Shown: positions 8,562-18,045, counted from the first letter of the stretch. The stretch is DNA of 64,000 bases from an uncultured Chlamydiae bacterium (GCA_963830365.1 CAWHMU010000036.1:64884-128883); one strand, 5' to 3'. Numbers and translations: made by a program. Notes: a model not told the origin generated them from the letters alone.

Positions 8562-9722
8562 TCATATGGCAAACGCTAAGCTCTGTGAAAACTGGCGAAT
8601 CAGGCCGCATATTTTTTGTGTGTCAGCTAAGGATAATTCACCATAGAGTGGCAACGCCAATACTTCATCCACAACTCGATTGGCGACAGGCAAATCTGCC
8701 GCACAGGCGCTTGGCAGGTGTTGATAACAAGGGTAATTGCTGCAGAGCGGGTAGAAGTATTTGCGGGTGATCACATTAAAATCTTTCAATTTATCATGTA
8801 ATTCGTCGCGCGAGATCCCATAGTGGCTCTTATCCACTCTGATGACAAAATATTGCAGGCTCGCCGTGGTGTAGGCGCCTCTTTTAACCACCGAAATGCC
8901 GGCGATATCTGCCAATTTTTCCAAATAGACCTTCTCAATGCTTTCCCTTTTGGCGCGTTCAGCAGCCAGCAGTGACATGTTGATCAGTCCAATGGCCGCT
9001 TGCAGTTCGTTCATCTTGCCGTTGATACCTGCCAGCACGACTTCATCAGGGTTTTTGATGCCAAAATTCTTCAGATAGTCTATCTGGCATTTCAGCGCCG
9101 GGTCATTGTAAGTTAAGCAGCCCCCTTCAATGGTGTGGAACAGCTTGGTGGCATGGAAGCTGAACATCGAGATGTCGCCGAAGCTGCCGATACTTTGTCC
9201 ATTCAGCTCTACCCCAAAAGCATGCGCGGCATCGTACATGACTTTAAGTCCATACTTATCGGCGATGGTTTGGATCGCCTCCACCTGGCAGGGAATGCCA
9301 TAGACATGCACCCCGAAAATAGCACTCGTCTGGGGTGTAATCAGACTTTCGATCCTGGCGGGGTCTATAGTCAAGGTCTGCGGATCGATATCACAAAAAA
9401 CGGGCTTTAGTCCGCACCATTCCAATACATGAGTAGTGGCGGGAAAGGTGAACGGTGTGGTGATGACTTCGCCTTTGAGGGCAAGGGCGCGGCAGGCCAC
9501 AAGCAGGGCGATGGTGCCGTTATTAAAGAGGGAGATGCCAGGCACTTTAAGATAATCCTGCAAGGCTTTTTCCAACAGCTGGTGTTTAGGTCCGTTATTG
9601 GTAAGCCATTTGGATTGCCAAATATCTTCAAGCTGCGCTTGCACAAGTTTCAAATCGGCAAGCATGGGGCGGGTGACGTAAATAGGTTCTTCAAATGGTG
9701 TGTGCATGGTCATATTCTTCAT
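8562..9722 (-). CDS. DegT/DnrJ/EryC1/StrS-family PLP-dependent sugar aminotransferase
   Basis: 386 aa. Typical family layout, with ..GDISMFSFHATKLFHTIEGG (Schiff-base Lys) and the N-terminal LTNNGPKHQLLEKAL block. Confidence 0.9.
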   Translation of the reverse strand: MKNMTMHTPFEEPIYVTRPMLADLKLVQAQLEDIWQSKWLTNNGPKHQLLEKALQDYLKVPGISLFNNGTIALLVACRALALKGEVITTPFTFPATTHVLEWCGLKPVFCDIDPQTLTIDPARIESLITPQTSAIFGVHVYGIPCQVEAIQTIADKYGLKVMYDAAHAFGVELNGQSIGSFGDISMFSFHATKLFHTIEGGCLTYNDPALKCQIDYLKNFGIKNPDEVVLAGINGKMNELQAAIGLINMSLLAAERAKRESIEKVYLEKLADIAGISVVKRGAYTTASLQYFVIRVDKSHYGISRDELHDKLKDFNVITRKYFYPLCSNYPCYQHLPSACAADLPVANRVVDEVLALPLYGELSLADTQKICGLIRQFSQSLAFAI

Positions 9723-9781
9723 TTTGGCACTTTTTTATTAGTTCTAAAACTCATGGTGCAGGTTTCTAGTGAACGGATAGA

Positions 9782-9868
9782 GGTCAGGCTTGCGATTTGC
9801 GATTTGAAAGAAGACTGAATTCCTAAATTCTCTGTGGGTCTTTCATATCACAAATCACAAGCCAGACC
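9782..9868. repeat. Long imperfect inverted repeat (29-bp arms, 29-nt loop) between tex and the DegT gene
   Basis: Arm 1, 9782..9810: GGTCAGGCTTGCGATTTGCGATTTGAAAG. Arm 2, 9840..9868: CTTTCATATCACAAATCACAAGCCAGACC. There are 25/29 complementary positions, and two of the four mismatches become G-U pairs if read as minus-strand RNA. Confidence 0.85.
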
Positions 9869-9934
9869 CCTATCCTTAAGTCCTCTTTTTCAAACTCTAA
9901 TCCGTTTCTTCAGTCGTCACCTACTCCATGATGC

Positions 9935-12205
9935 CTATAGGGCGGAAAAAGGATTGTTGGAAAATGATTTAGCCGGTTTCTCACGCTGCCTCTCGCGCCC
10001 ACGCTCTTTGGGTGGCACAGCATGGCTTTTAGCAGTCTGCTCCGAAGGCTGGCGGGCAGAACGGGCCGTTAGGGAAATGCGTTTGCGTTCGGCATCGACA
10101 GTCAGCACTTCGACTTTGATTTTGTCCCCGACTTTAACGACTTCGCTGGCTTCGCGGATAAAGCGGTCCGACAGCTCCGAGATATGGATCAGGCCGTCCT
10201 GATGCACGCCGATATCTACAAAGGCGCCAAAAGCCGCCACATTGGTGACGATGCCTGTCAGTTTCATGCCCGGCTTTAGATCGGCCATAGATGATACATC
10301 ATCGCGGAATGGCACGGCCTCGAAAACGGCACGCGGATCGCGTCCGGGTTTCAGCAGTTCAGCGATGATATCGCGCAAGGTGAGTTCGCCGACTTCAGCA
10401 TTGCTGTAGTTTTTGATGGCGATGGATTCTATCAGTTGGCGGTTGGCGATAAGCTGCGAAACGTCGACTCCCAGATCCTTGGCCATCTTTTCAACCAGCG
10501 CATAGCGCTCCGGATGGACGGCGGAAGCGTCAAGCGGATGCTTGCCATTACGGATGCGCAAAAAGCCTGCCGCCTGCTCGAAGGTGCGCGGACCTAAGCC
10601 GCTGACATCTAGCAGCTCATGGCGCTGGCGGAAAGCTCCATGAATATCGCGGTGCATGATGATTTTATTGGCCAGCGAGGGTCCGATGCCGGCCACCTGT
10701 GCAAGCAAGGGAGCGCTGGCGGTATTGATTTCCACGCCTACCTGGTTGACGCAGCTTTCGACGACTTCATCGAGTTTTTCCTGTAGCAGGGTTTGATAGA
10801 CGTCGTGCTGGTATTGGCCGACGCCGATGGCTTTGGGATCGACTTTAACAAGCTCTGCCAGAGGGTCCTGCAGGCGCCTTGCAATCGAGATGGCGCCGCG
10901 CACAGTGAGGTCGAGGTCGGGAAACTCTTCTCGGGCGATATCAGAGGCGCTATAGACGCTTGCGCCTGATTCACTGACCATCATGACAAGAGGCGGCTCT
11001 ATAGTCAGCGCTTTAAGCGTCTCCTTGACAAAGGCATAGGTTTCGCGTCCGGCCGTGCCATTGCCTATCGCGATGGCGTAAGGGTGGTATTTGGCAATCA
11101 TCAGTTTCAGGTCATGCGCGGCGCTTTGCTGGGCGCGTTCCCCCTGTACCAGATTGAAGGTGGTGTTATCAAGAAATTTGCCCGTGGCATCCACCACTGC
11201 ACATTTGCAGCCGGTGCGCAAGCCCGGGTCGATGCCGATGATCGTCTGTCCGCCCAAAGGAGCGGCCATGAGCAGTTCGCGCAGGTTGCTGGCGAAGACA
11301 TCGACCGCCGCGCGGTCGGAACGCATTTTAAGCTCGACACGCAGGTCTGTTTCGATGACAGGCGCTATCAAGCGTGCGTAGGCATCTTCGATAGCCAGCG
11401 TAAGCTGCTGGGCAAATGGAGAGGCTGTTTGTAAGCCTGCCAGCTTGGTGATACAGGTGCAGGCATTTTCGGCATCTACGGCGATATGGAAATGCAGCAC
11501 CCCTTCTTTTTCGCCGCGGCGGATGGCGAGATAGCGGTGCGAGGGGATGGTGCTGACATTTTCTGAATAGGCATAGTATTGTTCATATTTGGTAGCCTTG
11601 CCATCCTGTCCTTCAATGACCTTGCTGACAATCACGCCTTCATGGGCGAAGATCTCGCGCACCATGGCCCGTATATCGGCCTGTTCGGCAATTCTTTCAG
11701 CGGCGATATCGCGGGCTCCTGAGAGGGCCGCTTCGATATCTTCGACACCTTTGCTGAGGTCGATATAGGCCGCAGCCGCAGTTGACGGAGCTCCCTGCAT
11801 AGGCTGGGAAAGGATGAGCTCGGCCAGCGGTTCAAGCCCCTTTTCACAGGCGATCATGGCCCTGGTGCGTCTTTTAGGCTTGTATGGCAGATAGATGTCT
11901 TCCAGGCCATTTTTCGTATCGCAGGCGTTGATCTGGGCGCGTAGATCTTCGCTTAGTTTGCCTTGGCTTTCGATGGATGACAGGATGGTGGCCCTACGCT
12001 CTTCCATTTCCATGATATACTTCCGGCGCTCTTGAATGGCGCGGATCTGCAGCTCATCGAGGTCGCCGGTGGCTTCTTTGCGATAGCGAGCGATAAAAGG
12101 GACGGTGTTGCCTTCATCCAGCAGGCGCAGGGTGGCAGCGATGCTGCTGTGGGAGAGGCTGAGCTCTTCTGCCAGTTGGGATAGGGGGTTGAAAATGGCG
12201 CTCAT
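9935..12205 (-). CDS. tex: Transcription accessory protein Tex (S1-domain RNA-binding protein)
   Basis: Family-typical N-terminus MSAIFNPLSQLAEELSLSHSSIAATLRLLDEGNTVPFIARYRKEATG, YqgF/RuvC-like and HhH regions, and a C-terminal S1 domain (GMKLTGIVTNVAAFGAFVDIGVHQDGLIHISE). The start is set at ATG 12205. The tracked ORF start at 12463 reads through a MITE and is rejected. Confidence 0.9.
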   Translation of the reverse strand: MSAIFNPLSQLAEELSLSHSSIAATLRLLDEGNTVPFIARYRKEATGDLDELQIRAIQERRKYIMEMEERRATILSSIESQGKLSEDLRAQINACDTKNGLEDIYLPYKPKRRTRAMIACEKGLEPLAELILSQPMQGAPSTAAAAYIDLSKGVEDIEAALSGARDIAAERIAEQADIRAMVREIFAHEGVIVSKVIEGQDGKATKYEQYYAYSENVSTIPSHRYLAIRRGEKEGVLHFHIAVDAENACTCITKLAGLQTASPFAQQLTLAIEDAYARLIAPVIETDLRVELKMRSDRAAVDVFASNLRELLMAAPLGGQTIIGIDPGLRTGCKCAVVDATGKFLDNTTFNLVQGERAQQSAAHDLKLMIAKYHPYAIAIGNGTAGRETYAFVKETLKALTIEPPLVMMVSESGASVYSASDIAREEFPDLDLTVRGAISIARRLQDPLAELVKVDPKAIGVGQYQHDVYQTLLQEKLDEVVESCVNQVGVEINTASAPLLAQVAGIGPSLANKIIMHRDIHGAFRQRHELLDVSGLGPRTFEQAAGFLRIRNGKHPLDASAVHPERYALVEKMAKDLGVDVSQLIANRQLIESIAIKNYSNAEVGELTLRDIIAELLKPGRDPRAVFEAVPFRDDVSSMADLKPGMKLTGIVTNVAAFGAFVDIGVHQDGLIHISELSDRFIREASEVVKVGDKIKVEVLTVDAERKRISLTARSARQPSEQTAKSHAVPPKERGRERQREKPAKSFSNNPFSAL

Positions 12206-12374
12206 ATAGAATACTCCCGGCTGCAGGTCAAAAAACATTAAGCGTACACCAGTTTGCGGATATTTTTGTAGTTGTATCGCCATTTTTGGCAGCAAATAAT
12301 GATATATTCGAACTTGATCTATGTTGTGGCTGGGTGTCTTTTGGTTTAGTTCAAAGTCAATGAACATTAACCTT

Positions 12375-12513
12375 GTTTCACGATCAGCAAATGAAGGGGT
12401 GGTCTTTTTGACATTCTCTGTGTCTCTGTGCTTAATCTTGTAAAATTTTAACCACAGAGACACAGAGTCACAGAGAATAATTTGGCTATTAGGTACTCGT
12501 TTGTGCGAAGACC
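12375..12513. mobile_element. Degenerate MITE (ISL3-type terminal repeat, CTCTGTG hairpin subfamily); left boundary approximate
   Basis: The right end at 12491..12513, AGGTACTCGTTTGTGCGAAGACC, matches the ISL3 IR (AGGTACTCATTTGCGCGATGAGCC). Internal hairpin ATTCTCTGTGTCTCTGTG (12413..12430) / CACAGAGACACAGAG..AAT (12453..12478). The left end (GTTTCACGATCAGCAAATGAAG) is only weakly IR-like, and no clean target duplication was found. Confidence 0.45.
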
Positions 12514-12574
12514 TAGTTACAAGCCTTTAAACGAAATGCATAGCTTCGGCTAGCGGCCGACATGATCAGGAAGA

Positions 12575-13516
12575 TTATGATTTTAATAAGATATTTGCCA
12601 GGTTGCGCAGGCAGCCTCTTTTGTACAGACCGTATTTGTTAATCAGGAAAGCTCTTTTGAAGAATGAGGCCTTTTCACAGCTTAGGAAGGCTTGGATGAG
12701 TTCTTTCTGTTCCGCCTTCAATAGCTCGGGATAGCGCACCAGCAAGGCATTTGCCTGGGCCGTTTTTTTCGGCTGTGGCTGGCGTATTTTGGTTAGACTT
12801 TGCTTGAGATAGTCCCATGAGAGGAATTTCTTGGCCCCAAGGGTGTTGTTTCCATGTTGCCGGTAGAGGATGGTGGCAGCGGGCAAGGCTTCGATGCGGC
12901 CGAAGGCCGCGGCCACCAGTGCCAGCCACCAATCGTGCATCATGACTTGCTGGGGGATGGGATAGGCCAGCTTTAAAAGTGCGCTATTGATCATCATGGT
13001 GCAGCCGGTGACGACATTCTGCATGAGCAGGCAATTTAGGGTATGGGCCTTTAGTGGATTGAGATGGGTATACTGCCAGAATGAGGGGTCGATGACATTG
13101 AGATTGCCATCCACGACTTTCAGATCGGTATGGATGAGAATGGGGGCATCTGCCGGCTGCCTGTCTTCCGTTTCCTTCATCTTGGCAAGTGTTTGGGAGA
13201 TTTTTTCGGGTTCCCATACATCGTCCTGATCGCAAAACATGACGTAAGGGGCGGTGGCATGGTGCATGAGTGCAGAAAAATTTCCGATCACGCCGAGCTT
13301 GTCGCCGGCCGGCAGGAGGACCATTTTAACCGGGAATTTTGCTACATAGCTTTCCAGGATTTTTCGCGTGCCATCGCTAGAACCGTCATCCCGCATGAGC
13401 AGGCGTATGGTTTTATGGCTTTGGCCTAGCAGCGATTCAATTTGACGGGTGACATAGGCTGCGCCGTTATAGGTGGCAAGGAGGATGTCGACGGTATCTT
13501 GCATAGCTTTAGCCAT
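12575..13516 (-). CDS. Family 2 glycosyltransferase (rhamnosyltransferase-like)
   Basis: VDILLATYNGAAYVTRQIESLLGQS...LLMRDDGSSDGT and a later CDQDDVW (DxD) motif. It overlaps the upstream GT gene by 8 nt. Confidence 0.8.
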   Translation of the reverse strand: MAKAMQDTVDILLATYNGAAYVTRQIESLLGQSHKTIRLLMRDDGSSDGTRKILESYVAKFPVKMVLLPAGDKLGVIGNFSALMHHATAPYVMFCDQDDVWEPEKISQTLAKMKETEDRQPADAPILIHTDLKVVDGNLNVIDPSFWQYTHLNPLKAHTLNCLLMQNVVTGCTMMINSALLKLAYPIPQQVMMHDWWLALVAAAFGRIEALPAATILYRQHGNNTLGAKKFLSWDYLKQSLTKIRQPQPKKTAQANALLVRYPELLKAEQKELIQAFLSCEKASFFKRAFLINKYGLYKRGCLRNLANILLKS

Positions 13517-14816
13517 TCCGATATTGTAGCAGGCGGTTTTTGAGTTCCTTGAATATAGCCGCAGGACCGTTTGTGCGATATAGAGATTGAAAAATCAATT
13601 TCATATCAGCTACACGCTGTGCATGCGGCTTGCCGCTGGTTAGTCGTTCGACCATGGCTTCGATGGGCTTTACCACGTTTCCCCACTGAAACCGTGCGCG
13701 CACATTTTCCAGGTTTTTTTTCATCTGGGCAGCCATTTCAGGCTGATCGATGATCTGCAGGATGGCGTTTGTCAAAGCTTCGCTATCGCAAGGGGGCACC
13801 ACCAGGCCGATTTTTTCGTCGGCAATCAAATCGGCAAACGAATCGCCGGCTGTGGCCACGATGGGCAGCTGCGCCCAAATGTAATCCAGCATTCTGGTTC
13901 TGAAGGCGTATTGCGTCTCCAGATGCTCGAAATGGGTGGAAACGCCGATATCGGCTTCAAGCAGGAAGCTTGCGCGCGCTGCATAAGGCACCCAGCCAAA
14001 GTTGAAGAAGACATGCTTGTCGATGATGCCCAATGTTTTTGCCAGCTGGATGGCATCGCGAGCCATCTGCATCTCTGGTGCGCCTTCATCGGGGTGCTTG
14101 AGACCCATAAACACGAGATGAATATCGGACCGTTGCCGGCTGATCTGATGAATGGCCTTTATCAGGGTCAAAGGGTCAAACCAATTCCAAATGCCGCCGC
14201 CCCACAAGACGACCTTATCGGTCTGCTTGAGGTTGAACAGGCTTTTTAAACCCTGGCCTGTATGTTGTGGCGGTGTTGAAGACAGGCCGAAGGGCACGAT
14301 GTCAAGGAAGCTTTTAAACGAGCGGTCGGTGTCATACAGGGCCGGCGTGATTTTCTTTAAACTCAGCAAAAGTCCCGTCCACAGATCGCTTTGGCGTTCG
14401 TTGGCGCAGATGACGGCGTCGGCCATCTGAAATGAGAAATTCAGCCTGTCGACAATGCGCTGTTGCTTGCTATTACGAAAGGCTAACGGCTCGTTTTTGA
14501 AGAGCTCTAGATTTTCCAGTGGCATGGGGTCATAGGCATCCAGGATCAGCTTGATGCCATGCTTTTTAGCTGTCCAGGCGAGGCTGTGCGTAATCATCTG
14601 GGTGATGATGACATCGGCTTCTTTGAAATGGCGGGATGGCTGATCCGTCCTGGAGACAATAGCAAAGTCTTCGGCTGAAATGTCGGGCTGGTTGGGCACC
14701 ATCAAGGTTACCTGATGCTTTTTTGACAGGGCTTTGGCAAACTCCCAATAGCGGATGGCAGGGCCAGCCATCACCTGGCCGACGGAGCCTAGGCAAAGCA
14801 GTAAGATTTTTGCCAT
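13509..14816 (-). CDS. GT-B fold glycosyltransferase (family 1/4-like)
   Basis: 435 aa. The C-terminal half has an E-x7-E-like block (HFEHLETQYAFRTRMLDYIWAQLPIVAT) typical of retaining GT1/GT4 enzymes. Located in the polysaccharide operon. Confidence 0.75.
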   Translation of the reverse strand: MAKILLLCLGSVGQVMAGPAIRYWEFAKALSKKHQVTLMVPNQPDISAEDFAIVSRTDQPSRHFKEADVIITQMITHSLAWTAKKHGIKLILDAYDPMPLENLELFKNEPLAFRNSKQQRIVDRLNFSFQMADAVICANERQSDLWTGLLLSLKKITPALYDTDRSFKSFLDIVPFGLSSTPPQHTGQGLKSLFNLKQTDKVVLWGGGIWNWFDPLTLIKAIHQISRQRSDIHLVFMGLKHPDEGAPEMQMARDAIQLAKTLGIIDKHVFFNFGWVPYAARASFLLEADIGVSTHFEHLETQYAFRTRMLDYIWAQLPIVATAGDSFADLIADEKIGLVVPPCDSEALTNAILQIIDQPEMAAQMKKNLENVRARFQWGNVVKPIEAMVERLTSGKPHAQRVADMKLIFQSLYRTNGPAAIFKELKNRLLQYRNG

Positions 14817-14835
14817 AACAATTCCAATTTATGGG

Positions 14836-16101
14836 TTAGTGCCAGTGCCAGCGATTGCCTAAAAAGATTCCCTCGCGCGCGGGTGTGGCAAAGCGGGCAT
14901 TTTTCCTTTGTGCATAGACGGGGAATCTTATGGCGATATCGTCTTCACTGATTTTTTTTATATTGTGAATGGCGCAATGCAGCTTGATAAGGTATTCGCC
15001 TTCGTGAAAGAGGCCGGCGTCCAAGCCAAAAGAGAGATGATGCCTGCCAGGCTGCGTAAATCTATCCAAGCTTTTCGCATCATCAAAAGTTTGTGAGCGT
15101 GCCAGCAGTTGGTTGCGCATATTCCAGATGCTGATGGACAGATAAAGATCGGGGTGGGGCTTCAGGATTTCATATTCGATATTGAGGTGGGTCTTTTCAT
15201 CCTGATAATAAAATTCGTTTTCACCCGCCAAGGATGCATTGTAAAAACGGATGTGCTCATCGCCGGCATTGCCCTGCCATTGGAAGGACTGCTCGCGGTA
15301 GCTCTTCATATATTCGTTGACGCAATGGTCGATGTTGCCGGCTTCTTTGACTCTCCCTTTTTCCAGGTAGATGCCTTTATTGCAGAGGGAAAGCACGGAG
15401 CCTATGTCATGGCTGACGAAAAGCACCGTACGCCCGTTGCTGCCCAGATCATTAAGCTTCTTAAAGCACTTGGCCTGGAATTGGGCGTCGCCGACAGCCA
15501 GCACCTCATCGATGATCAGCAGGTCGGAATCTAGATGTGCGGCAATGGCAAATCCCAGCCGCATGTACATGCCGCTGGAAAAGCGTTTGACAGGTGTATC
15601 TAGAAACTGTTCGATTTCGGCAAAGCTAACGATCTCATCGAATTTCTGCTTGATCTCGCTCTTCTTCATTCCCAGAATGGCCCCATTGAGGAATATATTT
15701 TCCCTGCCGGTAAGTTCCGGGTGGAAGCCTGTGCCTACTTCTAGCAGGCTTGACAGCCGTCCGCGGATTTTCACCGTCCCTGATGATGGTTCGGTAATGC
15801 GCGATAAGATTTTCAATAAGGTCGATTTACCCGCCCCATTCCTGCCGATGATGCCGACACGATCCCCTTCTTCAATATCAAACGAGACATCCTGCAAAGC
15901 CAAGAACTCATCATAGCCATTTTTAGTAGAATCTTTTCTTTCGGCAAAAGGCTGCAGCAGGCGCCGGCAGGCGCTTTTAGCCCCCCGCGACAGCGTTTCC
16001 ACCAGCGTGGTATGGCTGTTTTGACCTTCACGGGCCAGCAGGTATTTTTTAGAGAGATGGTGGATTTCGATGGCTTTTGTCATATCATATCCTATCCGCA
16101 A
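14836..16101 (-). CDS. wzt: Polysaccharide/O-antigen ABC exporter ATP-binding protein (Wzt/TagH-like) with C-terminal extension
   Basis: Walker A GRNGAGKSTL, signature FSSGMYMRLGFA, Walker B LLIIDEVLAVGD. An extra ~170-aa C-terminal domain is present, as in Wzt proteins that bind the glycan terminus. The start may be the internal MTKAIEIHHL. Confidence 0.85.
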   Translation of the reverse strand: MRIGYDMTKAIEIHHLSKKYLLAREGQNSHTTLVETLSRGAKSACRRLLQPFAERKDSTKNGYDEFLALQDVSFDIEEGDRVGIIGRNGAGKSTLLKILSRITEPSSGTVKIRGRLSSLLEVGTGFHPELTGRENIFLNGAILGMKKSEIKQKFDEIVSFAEIEQFLDTPVKRFSSGMYMRLGFAIAAHLDSDLLIIDEVLAVGDAQFQAKCFKKLNDLGSNGRTVLFVSHDIGSVLSLCNKGIYLEKGRVKEAGNIDHCVNEYMKSYREQSFQWQGNAGDEHIRFYNASLAGENEFYYQDEKTHLNIEYEILKPHPDLYLSISIWNMRNQLLARSQTFDDAKSLDRFTQPGRHHLSFGLDAGLFHEGEYLIKLHCAIHNIKKISEDDIAIRFPVYAQRKNARFATPAREGIFLGNRWHWH

Positions 16102-16798
16102 ATGAGCGTTCCATCCGGCGGAAATAACACAGCCCTGTCACCAATAGCACAGACGAGATGACACACGAAAAGAGCAGCGACCAGAAAATGTCGGGCTGCG
16201 CCACCCCGAACAGGGCCCAGCGGAAGCCGTCGATGATACCGACCATGGGATTGAGGAAAAAGAACCATTTCCATATACCCGGGATGATGAAGCTGCCATA
16301 ACCTACCGGGGAAGCAAACAAACCAAATTGCACCATAAACTGTACGATGAAGCGGAAATCCCGGTATTGTACCGTCAGCGCCGACAGCCAAAGTCCTGTG
16401 CCCACACACAAGATGATGGCCAGCAGCAAAAATATAGGCAATGCCCAGATCGTGGCTAAATCGCCGGCACCCATAAACAGCATCAGCGCAAAAAGTAGCA
16501 CCAGGTTGATGCCGAAATCGACCAGATGCACGAGGATCTGGGAGGTCGATAGGATGATTCTTGGGAAATAGACCTTGGTGATGAGATGCACGTTATTGAT
16601 CAAACTGTTGCATGTGTCGAAGGCGACACCTGATACCAGCTGCCAAGGGAGCATGCCTGCCAGCACGAAGAGGGGGTAGGGGATATCTTCAGAGGAGAGT
16701 TTGGCGAGCTTGCCAAAGATCAAGGTGAAGACGGCCATGTTGAGCAGCGGCCGGATCACCGCCCAGGCGATGCCGAAAGCGGCTTGCTTATAGCGCAC
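16085..16798 (-). CDS. wzm: ABC-2 type polysaccharide exporter permease (Wzm), main body; the N-terminal 30 codons lie in another frame upstream (to ATG 16920)
   Basis: Six-TM ABC-2 permease starting (V)RYKQAAFGIAWAVIRPLLNMAVFTLIF. The family-typical leader MAEVPESFDLILEANRAPKEYFKDLIRYRELFFF is encoded from ATG 16918..16920, 7 nt after the rfbB stop. It is out of frame with the body across the homopolymer at 16820..16829. Confidence 0.85.
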   Translation of the reverse strand: MRYKQAAFGIAWAVIRPLLNMAVFTLIFGKLAKLSSEDIPYPLFVLAGMLPWQLVSGVAFDTCNSLINNVHLITKVYFPRIILSTSQILVHLVDFGINLVLLFALMLFMGAGDLATIWALPIFLLLAIILCVGTGLWLSALTVQYRDFRFIVQFMVQFGLFASPVGYGSFIIPGIWKWFFFLNPMVGIIDGFRWALFGVAQPDIFWSLLFSCVISSVLLVTGLCYFRRMERSFADRI

Positions 16799-16819
16799 CA
16801 GGATGTCGCGCCACGCCAG

Positions 16820-16829
16820 AAAAAAAAAA
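16820..16829. other. A10 (T10 on the coding strand) homopolymer that splits wzm
   Basis: Ten consecutive A counted at 16820..16829. A tract of 11 (or 8) would give ..YRELFFFLAWRDILVRYKQ.. and one continuous Wzm ORF. Confidence 0.9.
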
Positions 16830-16926
16830 GCTCGCGGTAACGGATGAGGTCTTTAAAGTACTCTTTCGGTGCTCTGTTGGCTTCCAAAATCAGATCAAAG
16901 CTTTCGGGGACTTCGGCCATGGTTTT

Positions 16927-18045
16927 CTACTTGCCGCTAGTGGAGGTTTTTTGCCAGGCGTGGCCAGGCTCTGTGGCGGACGCAGGCTTACCCGGTATTT
17001 TCTTTTGCAGGAACCATGCCACGGTGTCTATCCAGGTATTGTTGAAAAGGTACCACTCGACAGTTTCCGTGAGCCCCTGGTTAAATGAGTGTTCCGGAGT
17101 CCATCCCAACTCGTTTTTAATTTTCGAACAATCGATGGCGTAGCGGAAATCATGTCCTGGGCGATCTTTGACAAAGGTGATAAGGGATTCCAGCTTTTTC
17201 TGATCCTGCCCCTGGATCTTAGCGATGACGCGGATGATTTCATAGACGAGATCGATATTTTTCCATTCCGACTCGCCGCCGACATTATACGTCTGTCCAT
17301 TTCTGCCACTTTCCAAAAGTATCCACAGGGCTTTGGCGTGGTCGTTGACGTATAGCCAGTCGCGCACATTGTTGCCTTTGCCATAGATCGGCAACTGCTT
17401 TCCATTTAGGCAATTTAAAATCATTAGGGGGATGAGCTTTTCCGGAAATTGGTAAGGGCCGTAGTTGTTGCTGCAGTTGGAAATACAACTGGAAAGGTGG
17501 TAGGTGTGGCCGTAGGCCTTCACTAGATGGTCTGAGGCGGCTTTTGAAGCTGAATAGGGGGAGTTTGGACGATAGGGCGTCTCTTCAGTGAAAAGGCCGG
17601 TATCTCCCAGGCAGCCATATACTTCATCCGTCGATACATGGTGGAAATGAATATGCGGATTTCGTCTGACGACTTCCAGCAGATGGAAGGTGCCGAGCAC
17701 ATTGGTTTCAATGAAAGCTTGTGGGCCTGTGATGCTGTTGTCTACATGGCTTTCGGCAGCAAAGTGGATGATGGTATCGATTTCATTTTCCATGCAAAGC
17801 TTCTCGACCAAAACTTGATCGCGGATATCGCCTTTATGGAAGCTATAGCGGGGGTCCTGATCGATTTCCTTCAGATTTGCCAGATTGCCGGCATAAGTCA
17901 ATAGATCCAAATTAAGGCACTTGCCATGAAAAGATGGTACTTTTGTCAATAGATAGCGGATAAAGGCCGAGCCGATAAATCCCGCACCGCCAGTGACCAA
18001 TAGGTTAGTGATTTTTCGCTGTTTCTGCATGATATCGCTTTTCAT
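16927..18045 (-). CDS. rfbB: dTDP-glucose 4,6-dehydratase
   Basis: NAD-binding LVTGGAGFIGSAF, catalytic YSASKAASDHL (YxxxK), and full-length similarity in layout to RfbB/RmlB. Confidence 0.92.
   Translation of the reverse strand: MKSDIMQKQRKITNLLVTGGAGFIGSAFIRYLLTKVPSFHGKCLNLDLLTYAGNLANLKEIDQDPRYSFHKGDIRDQVLVEKLCMENEIDTIIHFAAESHVDNSITGPQAFIETNVLGTFHLLEVVRRNPHIHFHHVSTDEVYGCLGDTGLFTEETPYRPNSPYSASKAASDHLVKAYGHTYHLSSCISNCSNNYGPYQFPEKLIPLMILNCLNGKQLPIYGKGNNVRDWLYVNDHAKALWILLESGRNGQTYNVGGESEWKNIDLVYEIIRVIAKIQGQDQKKLESLITFVKDRPGHDFRYAIDCSKIKNELGWTPEHSFNQGLTETVEWYLFNNTWIDTVAWFLQKKIPGKPASATEPGHAWQKTSTSGK

Noticed and set aside
12206-12463. N-terminal 86-codon extension of the tex ORF, as given in the ORF track (start 12463)
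   Set aside because: The extension reads through the MITE hairpin (CTCTGTG/CACAGAG) and has no Tex-like sequence. The family-typical N-terminus MSAIFNPLSQLAEEL begins at ATG 12205.
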